Positions 46,065 through 55,132 of a stretch of 64,000 bases of DNA are shown here, piece by piece. This stretch comes from a virus (lineage: Duplodnaviria; Heunggongvirae; Uroviricota; Caudoviricetes): the IMG/VR virus record IMGVR_UViG_3300025073_000001; one strand, written 5' to 3'. Under the pieces are notes generated by a model that had not been told where the DNA came from, did no database searches, and saw nothing but the letters and a program-made list of their open reading frames with translations. The translations under genes were made by a program, and so were the position numbers. Position 1 is the first letter of the stretch. Each line of letters starts with the position of its first letter.

Positions 46065-46274
46065 TCAACGGCTGTAGGTGATTCTAGCAGTTATTTCTCC
46101 GATGGAGATTCCAGTGACGAAGGAGAATTGTAAAACGATTCCAACTTGATCAACTTGTTTGATTTCGTTCCATTCAGTCAATTCACTGAATTCAGGTTGG
46201 AACACAGCGATCATATCTGCAAATGATTTGAAATCGTCTGGGGAAATGGGTTGGAAGAGTTCTTTGATTGTCAT
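46065..46274 (-). CDS. hypothetical protein
   Basis: 69-aa ORF. Confidence 0.3.
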   Translation of the reverse strand: MTIKELFQPISPDDFKSFADMIAVFQPEFSELTEWNEIKQVDQVGIVLQFSFVTGISIGEITARITYSR

Positions 46275-46417
46275 TGTAAATGGACGTTTGTTTCAACAAA
46301 GGTAAGAGTTATCTTTCAAACTATCAAATTATTTTCACGCTCGTCTGGAGAGGATCCAGAATAGAGCAATTATAATGAACCAAGTTATCATTCACCGAAA
46401 ATATCTAAATCTACTTC

Positions 46418-46438
46418 CATCTCTAAGATGGAAGCGAT
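46418..46438 (-). terminator. perfect 9-bp hairpin CTTCCATCT-CTA-AGATGGAAG, U-rich after (minus sense)
   Basis: palindrome in short-ORF region. Confidence 0.3.
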
Positions 46439-46688
46439 TGTGGTTAGAAGCATTAAAAATAAAATAGTCACAGGTTATTCCTCATGTCATTAAACAGCAA
46501 TTTTAAGAAAATCGCCATAGCAAGAACGAGTATGAACATAATTCCGAGGCATTCAAATAATTCCATCTTTATGAATTTCCAAAGTTAACAGTAATCTGAA
46601 CCTGAATCACTCCAGACCAGAAGAGAATTGTTAATATAATTCCTGTCCAAATCCAACCTTTCCACTTGGATTCAAACAGAATCTTTTT

Positions 46689-46862
46689 AATATCATTCAT
46701 CATCATCGTCTTGTTTGGTTAAAATTAACATGACCATTGTTCCGAACATGAGCAAATAACAAATCTTACTCCAAAGTGGTCCATTGCTCAACAATGCAAG
46801 GACTGTAACCATTGAACAAAGTCCAATTGTCCACATTTCTAATTTGCTTGGATAATGAAATT
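46689..46862 (-). CDS. small membrane protein (57 aa, not in ORF track)
   Basis: hand translation MKFHYPSKLEMWTIGLCSMVTVLALLSNGPLWSKICYLLMFGTMVMLILTKQDDDDE. Confidence 0.3.
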
Positions 46863-47087
46863 TCATTTCGTTCGAATTAAGTTAGAAAAGACATCATTGC
46901 AGCGAAAAACTTCGCCAACTTGAATCCAGTTAGGATCAGACCAACTGGTTGTGATGTCAGCATCAGTTTCTTCTGCGTCAATTATCCCAATTAATGGATA
47001 GGGTGATCGAACCTGTTCGCTGGTATAACAGACGATTGCAGAAGAAACCGAGCCTTCCATTTTCTCTTCATAAACAAAAATAATCAT
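46863..47087 (-). CDS. hypothetical protein
   Basis: 74-aa ORF. Confidence 0.35.
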   Translation of the reverse strand: MIIFVYEEKMEGSVSSAIVCYTSEQVRSPYPLIGIIDAEETDADITTSWSDPNWIQVGEVFRCNDVFSNLIRTK

Positions 47088-47428
47088 TTTTTATTTTTTA
47101 TTTGAAATCTGATCCAAAAATCTTCGTTTGTAGAATATTGAATGCAGACTTTATTAGATGTGAATTGAACTTTGTATTGTTGAACAGCGTTGACAGATTC
47201 TCCATTATGAGTTAGGATTTCTTCGTTGTTTACTTTTATCGTACAAACTCCATCGACTAACCTGTCAAATTCAACCAAGTCAATTGTCTGTTCGTTTGGA
47301 AAATGAACGCAAAGTTCCCTCTCATCTAATTGACTACTTAGAACATGAAGGCTGAATTCCGTCCATTCAATTTGTGCAGATGATATTAATGGGGAAATTA
47401 GGAAAGAGATTAAAAGGAATTTCTTCAA
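47084..47428 (-). CDS. secreted hypothetical protein
   Basis: signal peptide MKKFLLISFLISPLISSAQ. Confidence 0.4.
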   Translation of the reverse strand: MKKFLLISFLISPLISSAQIEWTEFSLHVLSSQLDERELCVHFPNEQTIDLVEFDRLVDGVCTIKVNNEEILTHNGESVNAVQQYKVQFTSNKVCIQYSTNEDFWIRFQIKNKK

Positions 47429-47443
47429 GAGTTGATTATATTT

Positions 47444-47662
47444 TTAATTAAAACCTTCAATGAAATTTTTCATTTCAGAATCAGTTGACAAATTTCCTGA
47501 AAATAGTAACATCGTTCCCATTTCAAGAGCGATGTGATTTTTTAATTCATCGTGTTTGTTCATGTCAGAGACGAAACTGGCATAAGCACCAGTGACATTA
47601 CCTTTGTTGAGGATTTGAATTGCTCTGGTTTTACACCAGTCTAAATGTTCTTGACGATTCAT
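47444..47662 (-). CDS. hypothetical protein
   Basis: 72-aa ORF. Confidence 0.35.
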   Translation of the reverse strand: MNRQEHLDWCKTRAIQILNKGNVTGAYASFVSDMNKHDELKNHIALEMGTMLLFSGNLSTDSEMKNFIEGFN

Positions 47663-47674
47663 TTTAAAATTATT

Positions 47675-48421
47675 TTAACGACGATTGTTTTTGACCCAAC
47701 TTCGATTTAGAATTTGTTTAAATTCTTGTCGCAAATCACATCCAAGTTCCTTCAATATAGAAACGATTTCTTTCCTATCCGTTAAACTCAACGCCGGATA
47801 ATGTTTTTCCTCTTCGTGCATTCCGATCTTAGAAGGAAGATAATGGTAAAATTCATTCCACAAATGATTGAAATCAGAAATTGTTCCGATCTTTTCAACA
47901 ACTTCTGGAACTGAATATGTCCAGCATTCACTTTCTTCATCCCAGATCCTTCCAATTTGAGTTCTGTATGAATCTTGACTGCGACAATTTGAGAGATAAA
48001 TTTCTCCCAAATCTGATTGAAATTTACCAGCCAATTCATCGAAATTAAATTCAGCACTGGTTGAATAATTTTCAACGAAGGAAAATTTCCATTTTCCGTC
48101 TGGATATTTCGCAACATACCAATCGTGAAAATGGTTGAAGGAATAATTTCCTACATTGCTTGACGTTCCCGCTTGGTAATCGGTGAAATCGTCCATAACT
48201 CTGACACTCTTTAAGAAATGCCAAGCTGGAAATTCCTTCGGTTCATCTTCAAATCGGGCGTCCCAAGTTTCAACAAGAACTCCTTCCCGGCACAACCAAT
48301 CAAATTCATCATTGGAGCATTCGCGCAGGAATTCTCCTCTCGGAGATTGGAAATAAGGTTTCTTTAAAGTTTCGTGAAAACGGAGTAAGTTTCCGCCTTC
48401 AGTTAAAATCATCTGTTTCAT
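47675..48421 (-). CDS. hypothetical protein (248 aa)
   Basis: long ORF; internal ORF 47788..48117 in other frame judged spurious. Confidence 0.45.
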   Translation of the reverse strand: MKQMILTEGGNLLRFHETLKKPYFQSPRGEFLRECSNDEFDWLCREGVLVETWDARFEDEPKEFPAWHFLKSVRVMDDFTDYQAGTSSNVGNYSFNHFHDWYVAKYPDGKWKFSFVENYSTSAEFNFDELAGKFQSDLGEIYLSNCRSQDSYRTQIGRIWDEESECWTYSVPEVVEKIGTISDFNHLWNEFYHYLPSKIGMHEEEKHYPALSLTDRKEIVSILKELGCDLRQEFKQILNRSWVKNNRR

Positions 48422-48461
48422 AATACAAAGATAAAATTATTCTTTTAATTTTCCAAATCAA

Positions 48462-48677
48462 TCAATAAAAAATAATATTTTTATTCGTTTTAATCTTTTC
48501 AAGTATTTCATCCTTGAAACCAAACATTATTTTATCAATTCCATAATAGAAATAATCTAAGTTTGATTTTGTCAGGTCGTTGAACCTTATTTCAGTCTCT
48601 TCCAATTTCCTCATTTCCCTATCAACTCCACTATCCAATGTTCCTGCCCATTGAAAGGAATTTATTGACAATTGCAA
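48462..48677 (-). CDS. hypothetical protein
   Basis: 71-aa ORF. Confidence 0.3.
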   Translation of the reverse strand: MQLSINSFQWAGTLDSGVDREMRKLEETEIRFNDLTKSNLDYFYYGIDKIMFGFKDEILEKIKTNKNIIFY

Positions 48678-48967
48678 GTGCTTGGATATTTTTCGTTGAA
48701 GCGTTTCAACGACTCACTTCCTTGATTGCTCAGGCCATTTTTGAATTTTTCTTCAATTTCGTCCGGGCAACCCCAGACTTGGCTGACAACTGTGTCACTT
48801 TGAACGTTATCCCATTCCCAACCCAGTTCACTCCCATTTGGAGTGCAGTCTGTGAAACTGAACTGAATGTAGGTGCATTTACTGCGGTAATTGTCACAAT
48901 CAACTTCCTGCTTTTGACAGGCAAAAAGGGTTGAAAGGACAAAAAGGACAAAAATTAGATTTTTCAT
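48662..48967 (-). CDS. Cys-rich lipoprotein
   Basis: signal peptide MKNLIFVLFVLSTLFAC (lipobox-like), 8 Cys. Confidence 0.4.
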   Translation of the reverse strand: MKNLIFVLFVLSTLFACQKQEVDCDNYRSKCTYIQFSFTDCTPNGSELGWEWDNVQSDTVVSQVWGCPDEIEEKFKNGLSNQGSESLKRFNEKYPSTCNCQ

Positions 48968-49125
48968 GTTTTAAATTGTTTTTAATTTTAGACAACCTAG
49001 AGCATCGATCTTCTTTTTGGAAAGGACGTGAGTCTTGTTTTCTTTCCTGTTGTCGTTTTGTACCATAAAGGTAAACACATTTCAGTCAAACTTCCAAATC
49101 TTTTTAGTTAAAATTTGAAAAAAGT

Positions 49126-49758
49126 TTAAAATGGATCACCAAGTGCGGAAAGAGTGCCTAAGAATCCAACGAGTTTGTTGTTCTTGTCTGGCAATCTGTA
49201 CGCAATGCCGTGAACTTTTTGGATTTTTCCACTTGGCAAGACATAACTGTATTCCATGTCAAAGTTCATGTCGTTTTCAACACAACGCTTCCACTCTTCA
49301 AATACGTCTTCTTTCTCAGAAGGATGAATCCAGTTGCTCCAATTATCACCCTTGATCTCTGATTCAGTCCTTTGCATGATCTTACACAATGTCTTATTCA
49401 AGTCAATACATTTCCCTTTTTCATCACTCAACCAAGTTCCAATTGGAAGTGACTTAATTATGGCAAGTGTTTTTTGGTCTTGAATCGTAACTTTTTCTTC
49501 TATCCTATTCACTGCATCTCTCAAAGTTGATCCACCGTTTGGTCTAAATTCCTCTGCAATCAATTGAATTTTAAGATATAAATCCTTTCCCTCTTCATAT
49601 CTCTTTTTCAGCCATATCTTCCAAATAAACGCAAAAACTAATCCGAATGGAGCCAATAAACTAAGCCACTCCTTCAGCACTTCCAAAATTGATTTAAATA
49701 AATCCAAATGAAACTCCTTATGCTTTAATGATGAAAATAAATGGATTAAAAAAAACAA
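49126..49758 (-). CDS. membrane-anchored PAS-domain protein
   Basis: N-terminal TM helix; PAS-like core ...GTWLSDEKGKCIDLNKTLCKIMQRTESEIKGDNWSNWIHPSEKEDVFEEWKRCVENDMNFDMEYSYVLPSGKIQKVHGIAYRL. Confidence 0.45.
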   Translation of the reverse strand: MFFLIHLFSSLKHKEFHLDLFKSILEVLKEWLSLLAPFGLVFAFIWKIWLKKRYEEGKDLYLKIQLIAEEFRPNGGSTLRDAVNRIEEKVTIQDQKTLAIIKSLPIGTWLSDEKGKCIDLNKTLCKIMQRTESEIKGDNWSNWIHPSEKEDVFEEWKRCVENDMNFDMEYSYVLPSGKIQKVHGIAYRLPDKNNKLVGFLGTLSALGDPF

Positions 49759-49776
49759 AGAAGTGATTGGTTCATT

Positions 49777-50067
49777 TTACTTCTTCTTTGACTTCTTGGG
49801 TATATCTGGCTTGGGCTTCTTATTATAAGCACGTTTTGGAACAAGAGGCTTAACATGACTTCCGTCTGGTTGCCAAGTTGCCAAAAGTTTATCTTCTTCA
49901 GCCGCAGGTCGCCAGTATTTGGCGTAATATCCGCGTTTCGTTCCGTCCGCCTCTATAAATATTGTGCCGCCAAGAAAAAACCCTAACACTTCTCTTGTAT
50001 TAGGGCCAAGCCAGTAAATTAGTTGATTGATTTCTGGCTTTTCAAAGTGAAAATTGTTGTATTTCAT
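49777..50067 (-). CDS. hypothetical protein with Lys-rich tail
   Basis: 96-aa ORF; promoter module 50070-50105 upstream. Confidence 0.35.
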   Translation of the reverse strand: MKYNNFHFEKPEINQLIYWLGPNTREVLGFFLGGTIFIEADGTKRGYYAKYWRPAAEEDKLLATWQPDGSHVKPLVPKRAYNKKPKPDIPKKSKKK

Positions 50068-50084
50068 TTCACAAAGGTAAATGA

Positions 50085-50834
50085 TTAAATTGGAAAAGGC
50101 AAATCTGCCCTTGACTTTTTTAAATCTCTTTCATATTTCATCCTCAAATCAAAGTATTTCTGAACTTTTAACTTGAAAACAAAGAATGCTTCATCCTCTT
50201 TCTTCTTGTTCCATTCCCAATCTTTGTAATAGAATCTTGGACATTGTTTGCCGGAAACGTCATGATGTCTGACAACTCTTCCCAAATCTGGAACTTTTCT
50301 AGTGTAGACTTTTCCATTAACAACAATTGATTGGGATGAGTATAAACTTTTGTCAATTAATTGCCATGCAACGTACATTGCAGTTCTTTCAATTATTAAT
50401 GAATCATTTCTTCCACCACCAAGACACATTTCAAATGACAAGGAATTTTCATTGAATATTTTCCCTTTATGCCAAGGATTTGGAACGAAACCGAACCATT
50501 TCTTGTCACCAACTGCGAAAGCAACTCTGTCTTCCGGAACGCCAATAATGACCCCTTCGTTTTCATCTAAGTTGTCATCAATCAGATAGTGCGCTCCGGC
50601 ATTGCGTTTTCTCTGAAGATATTTCGCGTTTGCCTTTGCAGTTGCTCCAGGATGTGGATTTGCAGTATAATGAACAACAATGTATTCAATTTTTGATTTT
50701 CTCGGTCTTGTGTGTCTGTCCAATATTTCTTTGAAGGAAACTCCACCAATAAAGATGAATAAAATCAATCCGAGAATATATCTCAGTCTATTTCTCTTCA
50801 AATGTTCTTTGAATTTTTTAAAATTAGTTTTCAT
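50085..50834 (-). CDS. membrane-anchored N-acetylmuramoyl-L-alanine amidase (Amidase_2)
   Basis: N-terminal TM; IVVHYTANPHPGATAKANAKYLQ...AHYLID...SFEMCLGG...RHHDVSGKQCP. Confidence 0.6.
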   Translation of the reverse strand: MKTNFKKFKEHLKRNRLRYILGLILFIFIGGVSFKEILDRHTRPRKSKIEYIVVHYTANPHPGATAKANAKYLQRKRNAGAHYLIDDNLDENEGVIIGVPEDRVAFAVGDKKWFGFVPNPWHKGKIFNENSLSFEMCLGGGRNDSLIIERTAMYVAWQLIDKSLYSSQSIVVNGKVYTRKVPDLGRVVRHHDVSGKQCPRFYYKDWEWNKKKEDEAFFVFKLKVQKYFDLRMKYERDLKKSRADLPFPI

Positions 50835-50855
50835 TTGCGTTTCTCCATGTTTTGA

Positions 50856-51425
50856 TTATTTTTGAGTCATTATTATTTTCTGAATTTTGGCTTTATTTGC
50901 GTCAGTTCTTACACGAATTGCATTGAAGTCGTGATTCCAAAGAGCGAGTTCAAATTGTCTCCTTGGATTGTGGGATTTTCTTATATCTCGATTCCGATGG
51001 CCGCAGCCAGATTTACCTCCGCAACATTTTCCAAGTTTCCTTCCATCTTTGGTCAATCCTCTTGCATAAGAATATAATTGTAAAGCAAGGTTTTTCAACG
51101 GATCTTTGTGCAAGGTTCCATACTTTTGAATTTCACGGATTGTAATTTCAGTCGCTTCATCGTAGGTAACTTTGCCGTCCTTGGTAAATTGAGCAATTTC
51201 TTTTCTTCTACAACCTTGATCATTCCAACCAAACCCGATTGAATATGATTGTTTTCCTCTGACGATTCCATCCTTGTACCACCAAGATCTGTAGCCTTCG
51301 TTCGCCTTAATTTCCCATGATCTGATTTGCCAAGTTGAATATGGCAATTTACCTTGTCTATTTGCTGCTAACATCGCAATGAGACATATTGCTCCAAATG
51401 ACAAATGTAAAAAATTAGTCCTCAT
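50856..51425 (-). CDS. T4-type lysozyme (GH24 muramidase) with N-terminal signal-anchor
   Basis: ...IKANEGYRSWWYKDGIVRGKQSYSIGFGW... and C-terminal RNRDIRKSHNPRRQFELALW resemble T4 e lysozyme. Confidence 0.6.
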   Translation of the reverse strand: MRTNFLHLSFGAICLIAMLAANRQGKLPYSTWQIRSWEIKANEGYRSWWYKDGIVRGKQSYSIGFGWNDQGCRRKEIAQFTKDGKVTYDEATEITIREIQKYGTLHKDPLKNLALQLYSYARGLTKDGRKLGKCCGGKSGCGHRNRDIRKSHNPRRQFELALWNHDFNAIRVRTDANKAKIQKIIMTQK

Positions 51426-51454
51426 TTTGGTCTCCTTTTGGTTTATTTTCTGCC

Positions 51455-51892
51455 CTATCTTTGGGCGATTTGGTTTTTACATTCAAAGTATAATTCAACC
51501 AGATTACCTTCAAAACTATCAAAATCCACAGAATTAAGAACAGAAGGAAAATCATGGTTCATCCTTTTCTTTAATTTAAACAATCTATCTACTTCATACT
51601 TTTGATGTTCTTCCCTCAACTTTTGAATCTTTTTGTTATAGACTTTTCTACGATTCATCTTCCAATCTTCAAATGCTTCTTTACTGGCTCTCTTGTTCCC
51701 TTCTTTCCACATAACTATTTCACCCTCAAACTTTGCTTCTTCTTCAAGGGCGATTTTCCAATAAGGACTCTCGTCAAATTCTCCATTTAAAATTTGATAA
51801 TAAACCAATTTTTCCGTTCCGCCTTTGGGAACTTTTGTAATTGATTTCTTACCAATTAAAACTCCGTTTTTCCAGTATGTGAATCTGTTCAT
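51455..51892 (-). CDS. hypothetical protein
   Basis: 145-aa ORF. Confidence 0.4.
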   Translation of the reverse strand: MNRFTYWKNGVLIGKKSITKVPKGGTEKLVYYQILNGEFDESPYWKIALEEEAKFEGEIVMWKEGNKRASKEAFEDWKMNRRKVYNKKIQKLREEHQKYEVDRLFKLKKRMNHDFPSVLNSVDFDSFEGNLVELYFECKNQIAQR

Positions 51893-52071
51893 TTTGTTAA
51901 AATTTTCTTAACGTTTATAAATAGTCATAAAGATATTTAAACCATGTCAATTTACACAAGTATTAACATATCATTAACATATAAAAGAAAAAAGCCCTAT
52001 TGACGGCAATCAATAGAGCAACTGAATAAGTCTTTTGCAGAAGATTATTCTATATAAACACCATGTCCATT

Positions 52072-52287
52072 TTAATCATTTAATATTTGTTTTCCAGTCC
52101 TTGAACGTTCTTGGATTGGATTCAATTTCTTCATCTGCCATTCCAAAAATTGTTCAGTTCCAATCGTCATTTCAACGTAATCTTTTCCTAAATTAGGTTG
52201 AAGATGATATGAATTTGGATATCCCTGTTCACGGATGTTTTTAATTTCGTTATGGTGAACCCATACTTTAACGTGACCTAGTTGCAT
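52072..52287 (-). CDS. hypothetical protein
   Basis: 71-aa ORF. Confidence 0.3.
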   Translation of the reverse strand: MQLGHVKVWVHHNEIKNIREQGYPNSYHLQPNLGKDYVEMTIGTEQFLEWQMKKLNPIQERSRTGKQILND

Positions 52288-52288
52288 T

Positions 52289-52477
52289 TTATTTTTCCTT
52301 TATTTTCTGAGCATTGACATTTTCCATTGATTCCTTAATTCTCAAATGGATTTTCTGCCTATATTGCTCAAGTTGTTCTAAAAAATTACTCGTTTCAATG
52401 TATGTGTAATCAGAGATTCCAAGTTCATGGAACAATTCATCAATTGATAATTTTGATATATCTTTAAATTCAATCAT
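52289..52477 (-). CDS. hypothetical protein
   Basis: 62-aa ORF. Confidence 0.3.
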   Translation of the reverse strand: MIEFKDISKLSIDELFHELGISDYTYIETSNFLEQLEQYRQKIHLRIKESMENVNAQKIKEK

Positions 52478-52659
52478 ATTTTTGAAATGGCGTTGAGTAT
52501 AATTACTACAAATTCCTGCGGAACCTTTGACAAATCATATATTTTCTTTACTGGAATTTCAACTTTTTGACCACGAACAAAGAATGTAACAGTAGACTCA
52601 GTTGAAATTTTATTGGTATTATACATCGTTAAATTTTGTTCTGAATTTAATTCAATCAT
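52474..52659 (-). CDS. hypothetical protein
   Basis: 61-aa ORF. Confidence 0.3.
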   Translation of the reverse strand: MIELNSEQNLTMYNTNKISTESTVTFFVRGQKVEIPVKKIYDLSKVPQEFVVIILNAISKI

Positions 52660-52661
52660 TT

Positions 52662-52850
52662 TTAACTCTTTAATTCGTAAATTGCATAATCAAAATACCA
52701 TATAGATTTAGAGTTTTCATTTTCAGTCTTATACGTTTCCTCGGCAGAACTTTTGGCTTCCTCAAATGAATTATAAGTTTCAAGGAAATCATTTGATGTC
52801 AAGTCTGGGAATGGAATCCGGTGACGATTTCTCCAAATAATGATGAACAT
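52662..52850 (-). CDS. hypothetical protein
   Basis: 62-aa ORF. Confidence 0.3.
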   Translation of the reverse strand: MFIIIWRNRHRIPFPDLTSNDFLETYNSFEEAKSSAEETYKTENENSKSIWYFDYAIYELKS

Positions 52851-52854
52851 GATT

Positions 52855-53367
52855 TTACTTTTTAATGATAATATAAGGTTTTTGTTTCATATCTCCATAA
52901 TTTAAATGGAAACAATTATAACAAACTAGTTCTAAATTATCTCTTGAATGATCTTTCTTGTTCCCATTTTTCCAAGTTAGAACCAACGGAACTGAATAAT
53001 CTGAAATTCTTCTCTCGTCAAATCCGCAAATGTGACATCTCTCTTCCATTGCTCCTTCTGCAATCAACCTTGCTTTTAACTTTGGAACGGGATATTTCGG
53101 ATGTTCTCCGTTGAAAATTGATTCCAAAGTTGCCAATAGAACTGAAGGCTTGGTTGAATGATGAGCCCCTTGGTTCTTGTGTAATTGATAGAGGTTCTTA
53201 CCAGATTCAGGATCAAAGAACATTTCTGCATAACGCTTGTAAGTCTGCAATCCAATGTGAAGAAATGCTGCCGCTTCTCTGTTTGAATTGGTTGACTTCA
53301 TTGCGTACCTAATCTCTTTCTCCGTTAAATGGTACGCTGGTTTGTACCAATGCTTTGCTTCTGCCAT
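52855..53367 (-). mobile_element. HNH endonuclease-like protein (start trimmed to MAEAKHW)
   Basis: CHICGFDERRISDYSVPLVLTWKNGNKKDHSRDNLELVCYNCFHLNYG (C..C...H..N...C..C..H). Confidence 0.5.
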
Positions 53368-53699
53368 TAACTCAATTTTCCTTCTACCAAGTGAATGAAC
53401 CAACAAATGAATGAATAAACCAATCCTGAAATTGCCCAAGTTAAACTTTCATATTCTACAAACTTAGCAAGGTCAAACAACAACCTGCCGCACAAAAATC
53501 CAATCCAAACTGAAACGCACAGGAAGCAACTGAAAAAATTAGAAATTCCCTTAAATACCCAAATTTTAAACAAGTCATTAGTCCGAACTTCATCTAAATG
53601 TCTCAACCATTTAAACAACGGAAACGATGATTCCGAGATAATTGAAGTTACTTGATAACAGACTGCGATCGTCACTAAAAATTGTAAAATATAAATCAT
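53367..53699 (-). CDS. multi-pass membrane protein
   Basis: 110 aa, three hydrophobic helices. Confidence 0.4.
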   Translation of the reverse strand: MIYILQFLVTIAVCYQVTSIISESSFPLFKWLRHLDEVRTNDLFKIWVFKGISNFFSCFLCVSVWIGFLCGRLLFDLAKFVEYESLTWAISGLVYSFICWFIHLVEGKLS

Positions 53700-53974
53700 T
53701 TCTTTGATAATTTAACTTCGTGTGGGATTGAACTTTTTGCCAATTTCAACGAAAGGTCTGTTATTTCAGATTGAACTTTTGAATCGATTAGAAAATGACC
53801 TCTGTCAATTGCAAATTCAACCATCGTCTTAGCCTGTTGTTCAGACACGCTTAAAGATTCCATCAAGTTTAGAACCGTTTGTGCTTGGAAATTAATATCT
53901 TTCTTCTGCCAAGGTTCAAATTTCAACAAAATATTATATTTCGTATCTTTACATCCGTTTGGACATTTGCTCAT
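53696..53974 (-). CDS. hypothetical protein
   Basis: 92-aa ORF. Confidence 0.35.
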   Translation of the reverse strand: MSKCPNGCKDTKYNILLKFEPWQKKDINFQAQTVLNLMESLSVSEQQAKTMVEFAIDRGHFLIDSKVQSEITDLSLKLAKSSIPHEVKLSKK

Positions 53975-54094
53975 ATCGATCTTTTATCCTTGCAAAAATG
54001 TGATTAAATTCGCCTATTTCTGCATAGATTGGAATTTTATCAATGAAAATGTAACCTAACCATTCATCTTTGTACTTTTTAATTTGAATTGACA

Positions 54095-54535
54095 TTAAAC
54101 TTTTCTCCTCTTTGCTTCACTGATTATTCTTCTACCAATATCATACGCTGGTGAATACCAAGATAGATCTGGTTCCTTTTCTGGTTTTTCTTCCGCTGAT
54201 GGCTCTTCTTCTGGCATTTCCTCATCAGACGCAGGTTCTTCTTCACTTTTCTTTTCACCTCCTACTTCTGGTTCAGCAGGTTGTCCTGCCTTCATATCCT
54301 GCAACCCTTTCAAATCTAACGGAGGATTATTTCCAACCTTAATCTGCTGAATATCTCTGTAATCAAACCTGTGATCACCACCATAAACATCATAACCAAT
54401 TCCAGTGATGTCATCTGCCAAATCCCTTGGATCTGCAATCGTGTACCATTCACTGTTTGAAAATACCTTCAATGGCATCCTCGGTGAACACTGATCCAAA
54501 TATTGTGCTAAAATTCCCTTGTCAAAATAATACAT
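54095..54535 (-). CDS. hypothetical protein with acidic P/E-rich C-terminus
   Basis: 146 aa. Confidence 0.4.
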   Translation of the reverse strand: MYYFDKGILAQYLDQCSPRMPLKVFSNSEWYTIADPRDLADDITGIGYDVYGGDHRFDYRDIQQIKVGNNPPLDLKGLQDMKAGQPAEPEVGGEKKSEEEPASDEEMPEEEPSAEEKPEKEPDLSWYSPAYDIGRRIISEAKRRKV

Positions 54536-54701
54536 TATTTTTCCTTTTCTTCTTTCCCCCTCGTGGGTTCACTATAATTATCATCTTGAGATGGATTTTC
54601 ATCGTCAAGTTTCTTCTTTATTTTCTTCTTGATTGGAATTTTCTCTTTGACTGGCATCAAATCGTCCAGTTCGTCCAAATCAACGTTATTGATGTCAATT
54701 T

Positions 54702-55058
54702 TCATTTCAATTCAACGCCGTCAAGTGTATTTAAAAATGCTTCCACCGTGTATTCTTTTCCTCGGTTGGAGATAACTTTTGAATGTTCTAAAATGTCCAT
54801 TCTGTCTTTGGCAATTATGGTTTCCAATATTTCAAAACCTTGTAATTTATTGAATATCATTCTTCTTGAAAATTGACTGTTCTTTAATTCTTTCTTCGGA
54901 TAAGTGAACTTTCCTAATTGGCAAATTTCATAGATGCAATCTTCCTGAGTTTTACCTGGCCAGAGAATATAAATGAAATCTGTTTCTTCGTCAAACTTTT
55001 TTCTCTGTTCCATATAATTTCCAAGAATAGTAAGAGACGAAAACAAGAGTGATAGCAA
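54702..55058 (-). CDS. hypothetical protein
   Basis: 118-aa ORF. Confidence 0.4.
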   Translation of the reverse strand: MLSLLFSSLTILGNYMEQRKKFDEETDFIYILWPGKTQEDCIYEICQLGKFTYPKKELKNSQFSRRMIFNKLQGFEILETIIAKDRMDILEHSKVISNRGKEYTVEAFLNTLDGVELK

Positions 55059-55132
55059 TCACAACCAAACTACTTAAATTGAAAATACCTTCAAGTGTCT
55101 GTGGATTAAACTTTTGAATTATTTGATTCCAG

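Noticed and set aside
47788-48117. ORF 47788..48117 (-), internal to 47675..48421
   Set aside because: Nested alternative frame; no independent support.
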